Below are positions 39,667 to 50,904 of a stretch of DNA of 64,000 nt, piece after piece. Source of the stretch: Microcoleaceae cyanobacterium (GTDB lineage: Bacteria; Cyanobacteriota; Cyanobacteriia; Cyanobacteriales; Microcoleaceae). The notes beneath the pieces were generated by a model that did not search any database, was not told the origin of the DNA, and was given only the letters and a program-made list of their open reading frames with translations. The first letter of the stretch is position 1; the number at the start of each line of letters is the position of its first letter. The translations under genes and the position numbers were made by a program. The stretch covers positions 1-64,000 of the forward strand of contig JBOFUV010000115.1 of NCBI GenBank assembly GCA_051652765.1. The letters run 5' to 3'.

Positions 39667-42378
39667 ATGCCAAATTCATCCTCAAATTCACTACTCAATT
39701 CACCTGCGAATTCTCTCCCAACGACCATTAAACTAACCCTATTTTGGAATAGTAGTAAATCTCAATTTCGGGCCAGACTGACCACTAATGACGGCAGTTT
39801 TAACACCCAGAGCGGTTTCTTGCCCAAGTTTCCCTCAGAACTAGAAACGGCGTTGAGAAGTTGGCGGGAAGTCTATTCCGAGCTTCCCCAGATTCGGCTT
39901 AAAAGTAAAGGCGTGACCCATGCTCCCGATTCAAATGCCCATCAACAAGCAAAGGTCTATTTAAATCAGATCAAAGCTCTGTTGAATACCTGGCTAGATG
40001 GTAGTGATCAAGATTGGCAACCGATCCGAGAGACTTTGATCAAGGCTTCTGGTCAATTAGGAGAACAGGCCCATTTCTTGGTTGAGATTGAAGATCAAGA
40101 TGAAATTGGCCAGCTTCAGCCTCTCTCGCCTTTGTTACGGCGCTTGCCCTGGCAAGAGTGGAATTTGTTTAAACATCATTTTCCTCACGCTGAAATTGTC
40201 CTGCGGGTTGAAGGCAGTAGCGGAAAACTGAAACCGTTGCCACAGTTAAAACCCAGAATTTTAGTCGTATTTGGAGACAATGATGGCATTGACCTGACTC
40301 CTGATCGGCAAGTCATTCAAGTTCTACAACAGCAGGGAGCAGAGGTTAAGCTCCTGGAGCAACCCAGCCATGACGAACTTTCAGAGGCCCTCAGATCAGA
40401 CCCTGGGTATCACATCTTTATTTTTTCAGGCCATAGTCGCAGTGATAGCAAGGGTTCTATTGGCTGGCTGGAACTCGGGGCTAACCGATCATTGGAAATC
40501 CATAGCGATGGCTTTAGTCGAGCCTTCAAGCAAGCGGTGAACCAGGGACTACAGCTCGCAATTTTCAATTCTTGTGATGGGATGGGATTGGCCAATCAGA
40601 TGGCTAAAGTCGGGCTGCCCCGCAGTATTGTCATGCGGGAAGTGGTTCCCAATGAGGTTGCCGCCAGTTTTTTGAAATATTTTTTCAAGGAATTTGCCGG
40701 AAAGCATCACGCCCTTGTGCCCGCTTTTCATCATGCCAGGGAACAGCTCGAAGACTGTCATTATGATAGCCCCTACCCCGGAGCCACTTGGTTGCCTAGC
40801 CTATGTCTGCAAGATACCGTTGCGGCTCAGTCTCTATTCTGGCAAGATTTGATCCTGCAGCAACCCTTCTCCCGATTTCCAGGATATTTGAGGTTAGGAA
40901 TTTTAGTGCTGGTTCTTTTGGGTCTGGGGTTAAGTTTAGGATATTGGCAACTCAAATCGAAGTCTAAAGAGATTTCCAAGTCAGTTTCCTCCCCACTGTC
41001 AAACTCCAAACTTTCAAACTCCAAGCCACCGATTGATCAGCTTATTAGCCAGGGCGAACGCTTGTTAATTTCAAGCAACACGAATCCAGCTAAAGACGCA
41101 GGAATTCGGGCTTATTCTACCAAGAACTATGGGGAGGCAATTCAACAGTTTCGGCAAGCACTGAAGGCCAATGTCAATGATCCTGAAACTTTGATTTATT
41201 TGAATAATGCGATCGCTGAGCAAAAAATGGCAACAAATACTGGCAAAGTATTTGAAATTGCCATTAGCGTCCCGATTAAAAATGAACCCAATGTATCTCA
41301 GGAAATGTTACGGGGAATTGCTCAGGCTCAAACTGAACAAAATTGTGGTCAATCCAGTCAACAAATCAGCCAAGTCTTACAGGCTAATTTTAATTGCTTA
41401 GGGCAAAATAGTACCTTTGTAAAAGTTACAATTGGAGATGACGAATATGAACCAAATGTAGCCGAAAAAATAGCTGAATCTTTCGTTCAAAATCCAAATA
41501 TTTTAGGAGTAATTGGTCATCATTCCAGCGACATGACCTTAAGAGCCGGGGCAATCTATGAAAAACATCAGTTAGCTGCAATTTCTTCAACTAGCACTTC
41601 TATCCGGATTTCTAACTTTAACCCCTATGTTTTCCGAACCGTTCCCAATGATACTATTGCCGCTCAAAGCCTGAAAAATCATCTTGAAAGTACTCTCGGA
41701 ATGGGAACCAAAGTGGCTGCTGCCTACGTTCCCAATAATGCCTATAGTGACTCTCTCACTCAAGAATTTTCTAGAGTTAGCGCCCAACCTTTTGTTCATG
41801 AGTGCGACTTATCCACCAGTAATTTTAATGCGGCAGATTGTTTGACCAAAGCTCAACAAAAAGGAGCTAAAGCATTACTGTTAGTTCCAGCAACAGATCG
41901 TTCTCTATCCGAGGCAATTCTGGCAATTACAAACAATAATGGTCGTCTACAATTATTAGCAGGTGACTCAGTTTATAGTCCCAAGATTTTACAAAATTCA
42001 GGTCAAAATGCAGTTGCTGGAACGTTAACAGTTGCGGTTCCCTGGCATCGCAGTGAACAGTCCAAATTTGCTCAACAAGCCGAACAATTCTGGCAAGCTG
42101 CTGTAAGTTGGCGGACTGCAACCACCTATGACGCTACTCAGGCTCTGATTCATGCCATCAATCAGTGCGGCAATAGTTGTCATCGTCGGCAAGTGCAGCA
42201 AATTCTTTCTAGTCCTGATTTCTCCGCCGAAGGGGCAACCGGAACCGTTGAATTTGAACCGTCGGGCGATCGCAAATTGACCTCCGACGAACTTAGTGTT
42301 TTAGTTCAAGTCAAGCCCCGCTCAACCGAAAGCTTAGGAACAGGAACAGATTATGAGTTTAGGCGAGTCGAACCGTAG
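39667..42378 (+). CDS. CHAT protease - TM - TPR - LivJ-like (branched-chain amino-acid-binding family) periplasmic domain fusion
   Basis: CHAT motifs LRRLPWQEW, IFIFSGHS (His codon 40432) and IFNSCDG (Cys codon 40573); TM 'LGILVLVLLGLGLSLGYW'; TPR 'NYGEAIQQF...DPETLIYLNNA'; binding-protein motifs 'EMLRGIAQAQ', 'ILGVIGH', 'VFRTVPND'. Confidence 0.85.
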   Translation: MPNSSSNSLLNSPANSLPTTIKLTLFWNSSKSQFRARLTTNDGSFNTQSGFLPKFPSELETALRSWREVYSELPQIRLKSKGVTHAPDSNAHQQAKVYLNQIKALLNTWLDGSDQDWQPIRETLIKASGQLGEQAHFLVEIEDQDEIGQLQPLSPLLRRLPWQEWNLFKHHFPHAEIVLRVEGSSGKLKPLPQLKPRILVVFGDNDGIDLTPDRQVIQVLQQQGAEVKLLEQPSHDELSEALRSDPGYHIFIFSGHSRSDSKGSIGWLELGANRSLEIHSDGFSRAFKQAVNQGLQLAIFNSCDGMGLANQMAKVGLPRSIVMREVVPNEVAASFLKYFFKEFAGKHHALVPAFHHAREQLEDCHYDSPYPGATWLPSLCLQDTVAAQSLFWQDLILQQPFSRFPGYLRLGILVLVLLGLGLSLGYWQLKSKSKEISKSVSSPLSNSKLSNSKPPIDQLISQGERLLISSNTNPAKDAGIRAYSTKNYGEAIQQFRQALKANVNDPETLIYLNNAIAEQKMATNTGKVFEIAISVPIKNEPNVSQEMLRGIAQAQTEQNCGQSSQQISQVLQANFNCLGQNSTFVKVTIGDDEYEPNVAEKIAESFVQNPNILGVIGHHSSDMTLRAGAIYEKHQLAAISSTSTSIRISNFNPYVFRTVPNDTIAAQSLKNHLESTLGMGTKVAAAYVPNNAYSDSLTQEFSRVSAQPFVHECDLSTSNFNAADCLTKAQQKGAKALLLVPATDRSLSEAILAITNNNGRLQLLAGDSVYSPKILQNSGQNAVAGTLTVAVPWHRSEQSKFAQQAEQFWQAAVSWRTATTYDATQALIHAINQCGNSCHRRQVQQILSSPDFSAEGATGTVEFEPSGDRKLTSDELSVLVQVKPRSTESLGTGTDYEFRRVEP

Positions 42379-42592
42379 AACAGAAATTTCTTGAGAGCAG
42401 CGCCTTGAATTTTAAATATTCTGCCTTCGTAACGTTTCTAACCTCGGTTTCCACGATAAACTAAATTTATGATCATCAGATTAAAACTGAGCGCAACGAC
42501 CCATTGTCTGAACTTTGTCTGAACCCTAAACATGATCTGGCTGACTCCAATCGAATGAACTCCCCACCCACTTTAAATACAATTCAGTTTGT

Positions 42593-43222
42593 ATGGAAAC
42601 TGTCAGAATCAAGCTCAGACGCTCTTTAGAATCTGGATTCTTAGTCACCCTTTATTGTCAAATTAAGCAACAAGTCAAGGAAATTGAGGGTTTTTTGCCC
42701 CTACCTCCAGAAGAATTGCAACACTCTTTTGATCATTGGCAATGTGCCTACCGACAAATTGAAGCAGTTCGTCAGCAGGTAGACTTTCGCCTAACTGCAA
42801 AAAGAGTTGAGTTTGGTTGTTCTCTCGCAGAAGTCGAGAATATTAAAACTCATCTTAATCAATGGCTAAATGCTCATAGTCCGGGTTGGCAAACGATTCG
42901 AGATTGTCTGATTCAGACCTCTGCTCAGTTGCATCCAGATATCCAAGTTATCCTAGATGCAAAAGAGCCTGAACTGCGGCGTTTACCCTGGCAAGAATGG
43001 GATTTATTAGAAACCTACTACCCCAAAGCAGAGGTCGTTTTAAGCATTTCTAGAACCCAAAGCAGAGGTACTACTCAACCTGCTTTGCATCGTCTCAAAA
43101 GTCATCATGCACGAATTTTAGTTGTCGTTGGACAGAGTGAAGGAATTAATACTGCATCTAAAGCTTTATTAGAAACTAAAGGCTTACACGCTGGAGCCTT
43201 GCAAGTCAAAAATGTCCCCTAG
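42593..43222 (+). pseudogene. Truncated CHAT-protein paralogue (N-terminal part only, no catalytic His/Cys)
   Basis: Aligns by eye to both neighbours through 'LNQWLN', 'LRRLPWQEWDL' and 'RILVVVG..EGIN', then diverges and stops 22 codons later. Confidence 0.7.
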
Positions 43223-43294
43223 GGAATGTCCTCTAGGGACAGAGTAATCTGGAACCAATTAGAACTTAGAAAGATATTAGAGGAAACGGGAAAT

Positions 43295-45472
43295 ATGTCA
43301 ATTGTAAAACTCGAATTGGATGATGGCCCAGAACAAGGTTATCGATTGAATTTAACATCTCTTAGATCAGAGCACTTTGAGTCAACCAAGAGCAATCTTC
43401 CAGCACTGACAAAGGATTTAAACGAATCATTTGAAGATTGGCGAAGTGTTTACTATAGTTCGGATTCTGTTCGGAAAATGAATCCAGGGTTTAAGCCTAA
43501 AGGAATTAAGCAATCAAGTTCCCAGGCTCGCGATAAAGTCAAAAACAACCTGAATCAATGGCTTAACTCAGGAAATGATAGTCGATGGCAACATTTTCGA
43601 GAAGAGTTGATTTTACTATTGAATCGCTCCAAAGAATCCGATGAAGAAATCCAAATCTTATTGGATGCTGAAGACCTCGATCTCAGCCGTTATCCCTGGC
43701 AAGAATGGGATCTGTTAGAATCTCGCTTTCCTCAAGCTGAAATTGCAATTCGAGTTCGGGGTAAAGGGTCTAATAAAATTCGGCCAATTGTCAAGGCTCC
43801 TAAGGTCAAAATCTTGATGGTAGAAGGTGAAAACGGTGGATTGGATACTCATCTTGATGTCGAAGTGATTAGAAGCCTAGAAGCACGAGGAGCAGAAGTT
43901 AAATGTCTATCTCAACCCACTCGCGAGCAACTTTCGGAAGCATTTTTAGAGGAAGATGGATATCACATTTTCATTTTTTCTGGCCATAGTCGAAGTGATA
44001 AAAATGGCAAAATTGGTTGGATCGGATTAAAAAAAGATGATGAATTATCTATTGATGAGTTTAAAAGAAATTTCAGGGTTATGATTGATCGAGGATTACA
44101 ACTGGCAATTTTTAACTCCTGTGATGGTTTGGGATTGGCTCATCAGTTGGCAGAGCTAAATCTGCCCCAATGTATTGTGATGCAAGAACCTATTCCTGAC
44201 GAGGTTGCAGTTAAGTTTTTAAAGAACTTTTTCGACGAATTTACTCGAAATAAATCCTTGTTTGCGGCCATGCATCGAGCCAGAACTGCCTTGGAAAGCT
44301 TTGACAATTCTAAGCAATACCCAGGGGTAGTTTGGTTGCCAACATTGTGTACCCGAGAGTCGGCTTTAGATGATCCTTTGACTTGGGAAAAGCTGATTAA
44401 ACCGGAGACCCAACCTGATCCTTTCCCTGACCCTGAGCCCAAGCGCAAAAAATGGCCGTTTGCAATTTTGGGAGTTCTGGCTGCGGGTTTGATTGGCGGA
44501 ATTGTCTATTCTATAGCTCCTGTTTCTGCGCCAAAGTCATGCCCAACCCAAGCTGTTAAGGTACCACGGGGGCTGAATGGAGATGAATGTCTGGCCTATG
44601 TTAGTGTTCCGAGTGGCAGTATTTTGCATGGGGGCAGCACAACTTGGGCTCCGATTCGAGACAAGATTAACCCAAAAATTGAAACCATTCATCCCCAATT
44701 TAAACTCACGTATCAGCAACCCTCTGGCCAAGCTCCAGGGTCGGGCACCGGGATTAATATGCTCATCAAAAATCAGATTTCTTTTGCTGAATCGTCTCGT
44801 TCCCTTTTACCCGAGGAGGTTCAGGCTGGAAATGCCCAGGGATTTTTGCTGAAATCTATTCCAGTTGCGATTGATGCGATCGCCATTGTGGTTCATCCCA
44901 GTCTTGAGGTAAAGGGATTGACTGTGGAACACCTGCGAAAAATTTACCGGAGTGAGATCACAAACTGGAATCAAGTTGGAGGGCCAGATTTACCGATCAC
45001 CCCCTATTCCCGTCCCCTTGAGAGTGGCACAACAGAGTTCTTCAAGGAAAATATCTTGGGTAATCAGGCATTTGGTACAAACGTCATCAGCGTCCCCACA
45101 ACCACAGATGCCATTCGCAAGCTCAGCCAAAACAAGGGTGGAATTTACTATGCAACGGCTTCGGAGGTGGTCTCGCCCTGCGGTGTCAAGCCTTTACCAA
45201 TTCAATCCAGTGCCGCTAGCCCTCTAGTTGCTCCCTATCAAGAACCTCTAATTCCTCCTGGTGAATGTCCTGGAAAGCGCAACCAACTGAATGTAGCAGC
45301 ATTTCAAGAGGGTCAATATCCCGTCACTCGTCGGATTTTTGTCATTGTCAAGCAGGACGGATCAGTCGATGAAAAAGCTGGAGAAGCCTATGCTAATTTG
45401 TTACTAACCAGTGAAGGACAGAAGTTAGTGAAAGCAGCAGGATTTATTCCGATGCGTTCAACAGATGAATAA
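43295..45472 (+). CDS. CHAT protease - TM - PstS-like phosphate-binding domain fusion
   Basis: YPWQEWDL, IFIFSGHS (His codon 43985), IFNSCDG (Cys codon 44120); Pro-rich linker and TM 'WPFAILGVLAAGLIGGIVY'; PstS-family motifs GGSTT, GSGTG, SSR, VAIDAIAIVVH, SGTTEFF, YPVTRRIF; start at MSIVKLEL. Confidence 0.85.
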   Translation: MSIVKLELDDGPEQGYRLNLTSLRSEHFESTKSNLPALTKDLNESFEDWRSVYYSSDSVRKMNPGFKPKGIKQSSSQARDKVKNNLNQWLNSGNDSRWQHFREELILLLNRSKESDEEIQILLDAEDLDLSRYPWQEWDLLESRFPQAEIAIRVRGKGSNKIRPIVKAPKVKILMVEGENGGLDTHLDVEVIRSLEARGAEVKCLSQPTREQLSEAFLEEDGYHIFIFSGHSRSDKNGKIGWIGLKKDDELSIDEFKRNFRVMIDRGLQLAIFNSCDGLGLAHQLAELNLPQCIVMQEPIPDEVAVKFLKNFFDEFTRNKSLFAAMHRARTALESFDNSKQYPGVVWLPTLCTRESALDDPLTWEKLIKPETQPDPFPDPEPKRKKWPFAILGVLAAGLIGGIVYSIAPVSAPKSCPTQAVKVPRGLNGDECLAYVSVPSGSILHGGSTTWAPIRDKINPKIETIHPQFKLTYQQPSGQAPGSGTGINMLIKNQISFAESSRSLLPEEVQAGNAQGFLLKSIPVAIDAIAIVVHPSLEVKGLTVEHLRKIYRSEITNWNQVGGPDLPITPYSRPLESGTTEFFKENILGNQAFGTNVISVPTTTDAIRKLSQNKGGIYYATASEVVSPCGVKPLPIQSSAASPLVAPYQEPLIPPGECPGKRNQLNVAAFQEGQYPVTRRIFVIVKQDGSVDEKAGEAYANLLLTSEGQKLVKAAGFIPMRSTDE

Positions 45473-46389
45473 TCCCCAGACTGAGCATAAATACACTGAG
45501 CATAAACATACTGAGCATAAACACTCTGTCTGAACGGTCTGAATTTTACGGTTACTGTTTCCTAATAACTTCGGTTCATAACTTCGCTTCAAAGAGTTGT
45601 TCGCTAAACTAGTTGTTCGCCAAACTAGTTGCTTGCCAAACCAAAGACAGACAATACCAGGAATCTAATCCATTCTGCTGGGGATTGCTAAGATTAGTGA
45701 ACTCTTCTCCTCAATAAATTAAGGCGTTCTAGCGCCATTGCTATAAAAATTAACAAAATTCTGAGCCAAAGTTATTTTGAGTATTTTTACTTATCTTTTT
45801 GTCCCGGCCTTCACTGGGATATGACCCGTAGTCTCAGCTTCAACACGACATCGCATTTTACGGCCTGATGATCTTTTAAAACCCAGGGAAACGGTCTGTC
45901 AAGATTGAAACCTCGTGGAAAAGGGCACTACATTTCCCAAGGAGTTCAGATCAAAATCTGATGCCGGAGGACAACATTGTGCTGCCGCCAATTGTTCATG
46001 CAGCCTGAAATATTCATTTTTACTTTTGTCACTCTTTTTATACAAAAAGTTATTCAAAGTCTTTAAAAAATCTATAAAAACAACTGAGATTCAATAAAGC
46101 CGCTTAGGATACCTCAAGTAAACTATAAAAAACTCTGAAGCCCTTTTAAATACCATTGCATTCCATGACCCTCTTTCTTTTCCTCAAGACTCAGACCATA
46201 ATGCTGATCAACGAAAGGAAATCAAAGAGACTTTTTCCGAGGAACAAGTGTTGAACTTCCCCAAGTTCAGGGTTTCTGTTCCCATCCAACAGGTCAATAC
46301 CTTTTCAACAATCGCTGTAATAACGGTTTGACAAAAGACGATTTGACAAAAGACGATTTGACAAAAGTTCGACTTAGGAGAAACGCACT

Positions 46390-47256
46390 GTGAAGCTCTC
46401 TGTTTATGGCAAAGGTGGAATTGGCAAGTCAACTACAAGCTGCAATATTTCAGTTGCCCTAGCCAAGCGAGGTAAGAAAGTCTTGCAAATTGGCTGCGAT
46501 CCAAAGCACGATAGTACCTTTACCTTGACTGGATTTTTGATTCCCACAATCATTGACACCCTCCAAGAAAAGGACTACCACTACGAAGATATCTGGCCCG
46601 AGGATGTGATCTACAAAGGCTATGGTGGCGTGGATTGTGTCGAAGCAGGGGGCCCTCCAGCCGGAGCGGGCTGTGGTGGCTATGTCGTCGGAGAAACCGT
46701 GAAACTGTTGAAGGAGCTGAATGCCTTTGATGAATATGACGTGATTCTGTTCGATGTGTTGGGAGATGTGGTCTGTGGTGGCTTTGCTGCACCCTTGAAC
46801 TACTCCGACTACTGCTTGATTATCACGGATAACGGATTTGATGCTTTGTTTGCCGCCAATCGAATTGCTGCCTCCGTTCGGGAAAAAGCACGAACTCACT
46901 CTTTGCGTTTGGCTGGATTGGTGGGGAATCGTACCTCCAAGCGCGATTTGATTGACAAGTATGTGGAGTCAGTTCCCATGCCTGTGTTGGAAATTTTACC
47001 CTTGATTGAAGATATTCGAGTGTCCCGCGTTAAGGGAAAAACGCTATTTGAGATGGCGGAAACTGATCCCGCTCTCAACTACGTTTGTGACTATTACCTG
47101 AATATTGCCGATCAAATTCTGGCAATGCCTGAGGGAATTGTGCCGAAAGAGTCCCTCGATCGGGAGTTATTTACTCTATTGTCAGATTTTTACCTGAATT
47201 CTAGCCAAACCCCTAGTAAAAATCCCGAAGATGAGCTAGACATGATGATGGTTTAA
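46390..47256 (+). CDS. chlL: Dark-operative protochlorophyllide reductase Fe protein
   Basis: [39 protein letters not shown] start with AGGAG RBS. Confidence 0.98.
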   Translation: MKLSVYGKGGIGKSTTSCNISVALAKRGKKVLQIGCDPKHDSTFTLTGFLIPTIIDTLQEKDYHYEDIWPEDVIYKGYGGVDCVEAGGPPAGAGCGGYVVGETVKLLKELNAFDEYDVILFDVLGDVVCGGFAAPLNYSDYCLIITDNGFDALFAANRIAASVREKARTHSLRLAGLVGNRTSKRDLIDKYVESVPMPVLEILPLIEDIRVSRVKGKTLFEMAETDPALNYVCDYYLNIADQILAMPEGIVPKESLDRELFTLLSDFYLNSSQTPSKNPEDELDMMMV

Positions 47257-47291
47257 TATGTTCATCTGCTCAGGATGAGGTAATAGAGGTT

Positions 47292-48257
47292 ATGGCATTT
47301 TTCAAGGATTTTACTGGTTCTCTCAGAGACAAATGGCTGCAGTACTACCAGGTCAATAGGGACTGGATTGTGATGCAGATGGAGCTCAACCCAATCAAAA
47401 CTCCTGATGGAGGTCGCAGACCTGCCTCCGCTCTCATTTTGGGCACGATTAACGCGCTAGAGCCTGAAGCAGCGCAATTGATGATCCCCTTTTCTCAACT
47501 GAATCCCGACCCAGAGAGACTCATTGAGGTATTGGGACTAAATTTTGATCCTGATTTGGCCTTAGGGACTGATGGTATTCAGGTACCATCTCCTAGAATA
47601 GCCCTCAGTTCTCCTCCTCCCGTTCAGAAACCTTCGGCAACAGCCGTCTTGACAACTCCAGTCATTGAGGACGTACCTGTTCTAGTCGATGAAGACTTAG
47701 GCATGGACGATGACTTGGATGTAGCCCTGGATGAGGATGAAGACTTAGGCATGGACGATGGCCTAGATATGGGTCTTGATGCCGAAGGGGATCTGGCCAT
47801 GGACGACGACCTCGACATGGATCTCGATGAGGATGAAGACGATCTGGCCATGGACGATGACCTCGACATGGATCTCGATGCCGAAGGGGATCTGGCCATG
47901 GACGATGACCTAGATATGGATCTTGATGAAGACGATCTGGCCATGGACGATGGCCTAGATATGGATCTTGATGTCGGAGGGGATCTGGCCATGGACGATG
48001 ACCTCGACATGGATCTCGATGTCGAAGGGGATCTGGGTTTAGAGGATTCTGGCTCAGATGATCTCGGAGATTTAGACCTTGGGGATCTAGGAGATCTTGG
48101 AGATGATGACCTCGGGGATTTATCTTCAGATGACTTGGACGAACTTAGTCTGGATGATTTAGGGCAAGTCACAACGGGTGACTTGGATGACATTGATTTG
48201 GCAGGATTGACAGACTCCCTGGATGAGGATGATGACTTTTCTCTAGACCTGAAGTAA
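47292..48257 (+). CDS. DUF5331-like protein with a long Asp-rich repetitive tail
   Basis: N-terminal 'KWLQYYQVNRDWI...GGRRP...LNPDPERLIEVLGLNFDPD'; tail of DLAMDDDLDMDLD repeats. Confidence 0.75.
   Translation: MAFFKDFTGSLRDKWLQYYQVNRDWIVMQMELNPIKTPDGGRRPASALILGTINALEPEAAQLMIPFSQLNPDPERLIEVLGLNFDPDLALGTDGIQVPSPRIALSSPPPVQKPSATAVLTTPVIEDVPVLVDEDLGMDDDLDVALDEDEDLGMDDGLDMGLDAEGDLAMDDDLDMDLDEDEDDLAMDDDLDMDLDAEGDLAMDDDLDMDLDEDDLAMDDGLDMDLDVGGDLAMDDDLDMDLDVEGDLGLEDSGSDDLGDLDLGDLGDLGDDDLGDLSSDDLDELSLDDLGQVTTGDLDDIDLAGLTDSLDEDDDFSLDLK
47686..48040 (+). repeat. Coding tandem repeat, ~48-54 bp units GATCTGGCCATGGACGATGACCTCGACATGGATCTCGAT...
   Basis: About seven imperfect copies visible in both DNA and protein. 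Confidence 0.85.
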
Positions 48258-48451
48258 GGCTGTTAGAGTTCGGTCAGACCCTCACGGCTTCTCCGGTTAT
48301 CGGTGGGTGAGTAGCCTACGCTTGCGTTTTTGGGGTAGGTGTTGTTTTGCCAGCCCTTACAATCCTGCCACCCACTTCAATTTGAAACTTTGATTTGAAC
48401 CTTCAAATCTTGAACTTGAATTTTAACTTGATACAACTAAGGAGACCATAG

Positions 48452-49849
<1,398 letters not shown>

Positions 49850-49878
49850 TCTTGGTCAATTCCACAGCATTATCTAAC

Positions 49879-49911
49879 GTCCTAGGACTGCCATGTCCTA
49901 GGACATTTTTT
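49879..49911 (+). terminator. Rho-independent terminator after chlN
   Basis: GTCCTAGGAC-tgccat-GTCCTAGGAC followed by ATTTTTT. Confidence 0.8.
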
Positions 49912-50042
49912 GATCCTTAACCTTTACAACATTCCCTCCCATTGCTGATACTCGAAAGCTAAGTTTTACGGTAACGTTAGATCCAGGTAGTCTAGAATAC
50001 TACGGTCTAGCCTAACCCGCACTTGCTAACTGCTGGCCTAAC

Positions 50043-50888
50043 ATGAGAATCCTGAATCATCTACTCGCAAGACCTGCTCAACCGATTGTTCCTCAGATTA
50101 ACTCTCAACCCAAAAAGGGACGACGAGGAATCCATCTCAAATCTCCTCAAGAAATTGAGATTATGAGGCAGGCAGCTCGAATTGTTGCAACGGTTTTAAA
50201 AGAGATTTCGGAACTCGTCAAACCCGGAATGACGACAGCAGACTTAGATGCCTACGCCGAACAGCGAATCCGAGAGATGGGCGCAACTCCCAGCTTCAAA
50301 GGATACTACGGCTTCCCAGCCTCAATCTGTGCTTGCATCAACAACGAGGTTGTCCACGGCATTCCAAACCGTCGCAAGGTAATTCGGACTGGAGATGTTC
50401 TAAAAGTTGATACTGGGGCTTATTTCCAGGGATTTCATGGGGATTCTTGTATTACCATTCCAGTCCTGGAAGTCACCCCTGAAGCAGCTCGATTGATTCG
50501 AGTGGCGGAGGAAACCTTGTACAAAGGCATCGAACAGGTCAAAGCGGGGGCTCACTTGCTGGATATCGCTGGCGCTATTCAGGACTATGCTCAGGCAAAC
50601 GGCTATCAGATTGTCGAAGAATTCACAGGTCATGGCGTTGGACAGAACCTACACGAAGAACCTGCTGTGTTCAATGTCCGCACCTACGATTTACCGAATG
50701 TTAAGCTCAAGGCTGGAATGACCCTGGCTGTTGAACCGATTTTGAACGAGGGCTCTCGCTTTACGCGGATTTTATCAGATCGTTGGACGGCTGTAACCGT
50801 TGACAATTCTTTATCTGCCCAGTTTGAACATACGGTTCTGGTCACGGAGACAGGGTATGAAATCTTAACGGATCGCTCTCGAGTTTAA
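50043..50888 (+). CDS. map: Type I methionine aminopeptidase
   Basis: [12 protein letters not shown]...HGDS, TGHGVG...HEEP, AVEP, SAQFEHT. Confidence 0.95.
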   Translation: MRILNHLLARPAQPIVPQINSQPKKGRRGIHLKSPQEIEIMRQAARIVATVLKEISELVKPGMTTADLDAYAEQRIREMGATPSFKGYYGFPASICACINNEVVHGIPNRRKVIRTGDVLKVDTGAYFQGFHGDSCITIPVLEVTPEAARLIRVAEETLYKGIEQVKAGAHLLDIAGAIQDYAQANGYQIVEEFTGHGVGQNLHEEPAVFNVRTYDLPNVKLKAGMTLAVEPILNEGSRFTRILSDRWTAVTVDNSLSAQFEHTVLVTETGYEILTDRSRV

Positions 50889-50904
50889 GGAGAGTGAATC
50901 TTGC

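Noticed and set aside
37925..45472. Type III-E CRISPR/Craspase or anti-phage defence locus; recent foreign island
   Set aside because: There are no Cas genes or array, and the sensors are solute-binding folds. HIP1 sites occur inside the cluster (e.g. 39401, 41209, 42266, 44876), arguing against recent non-cyanobacterial origin.
47624..48193. 189-aa Ser/Arg-rich ORF on the minus strand
   Set aside because: It is the antisense shadow of the Asp/Leu/Met repeat; the repeat codons give no stops on the opposite strand.
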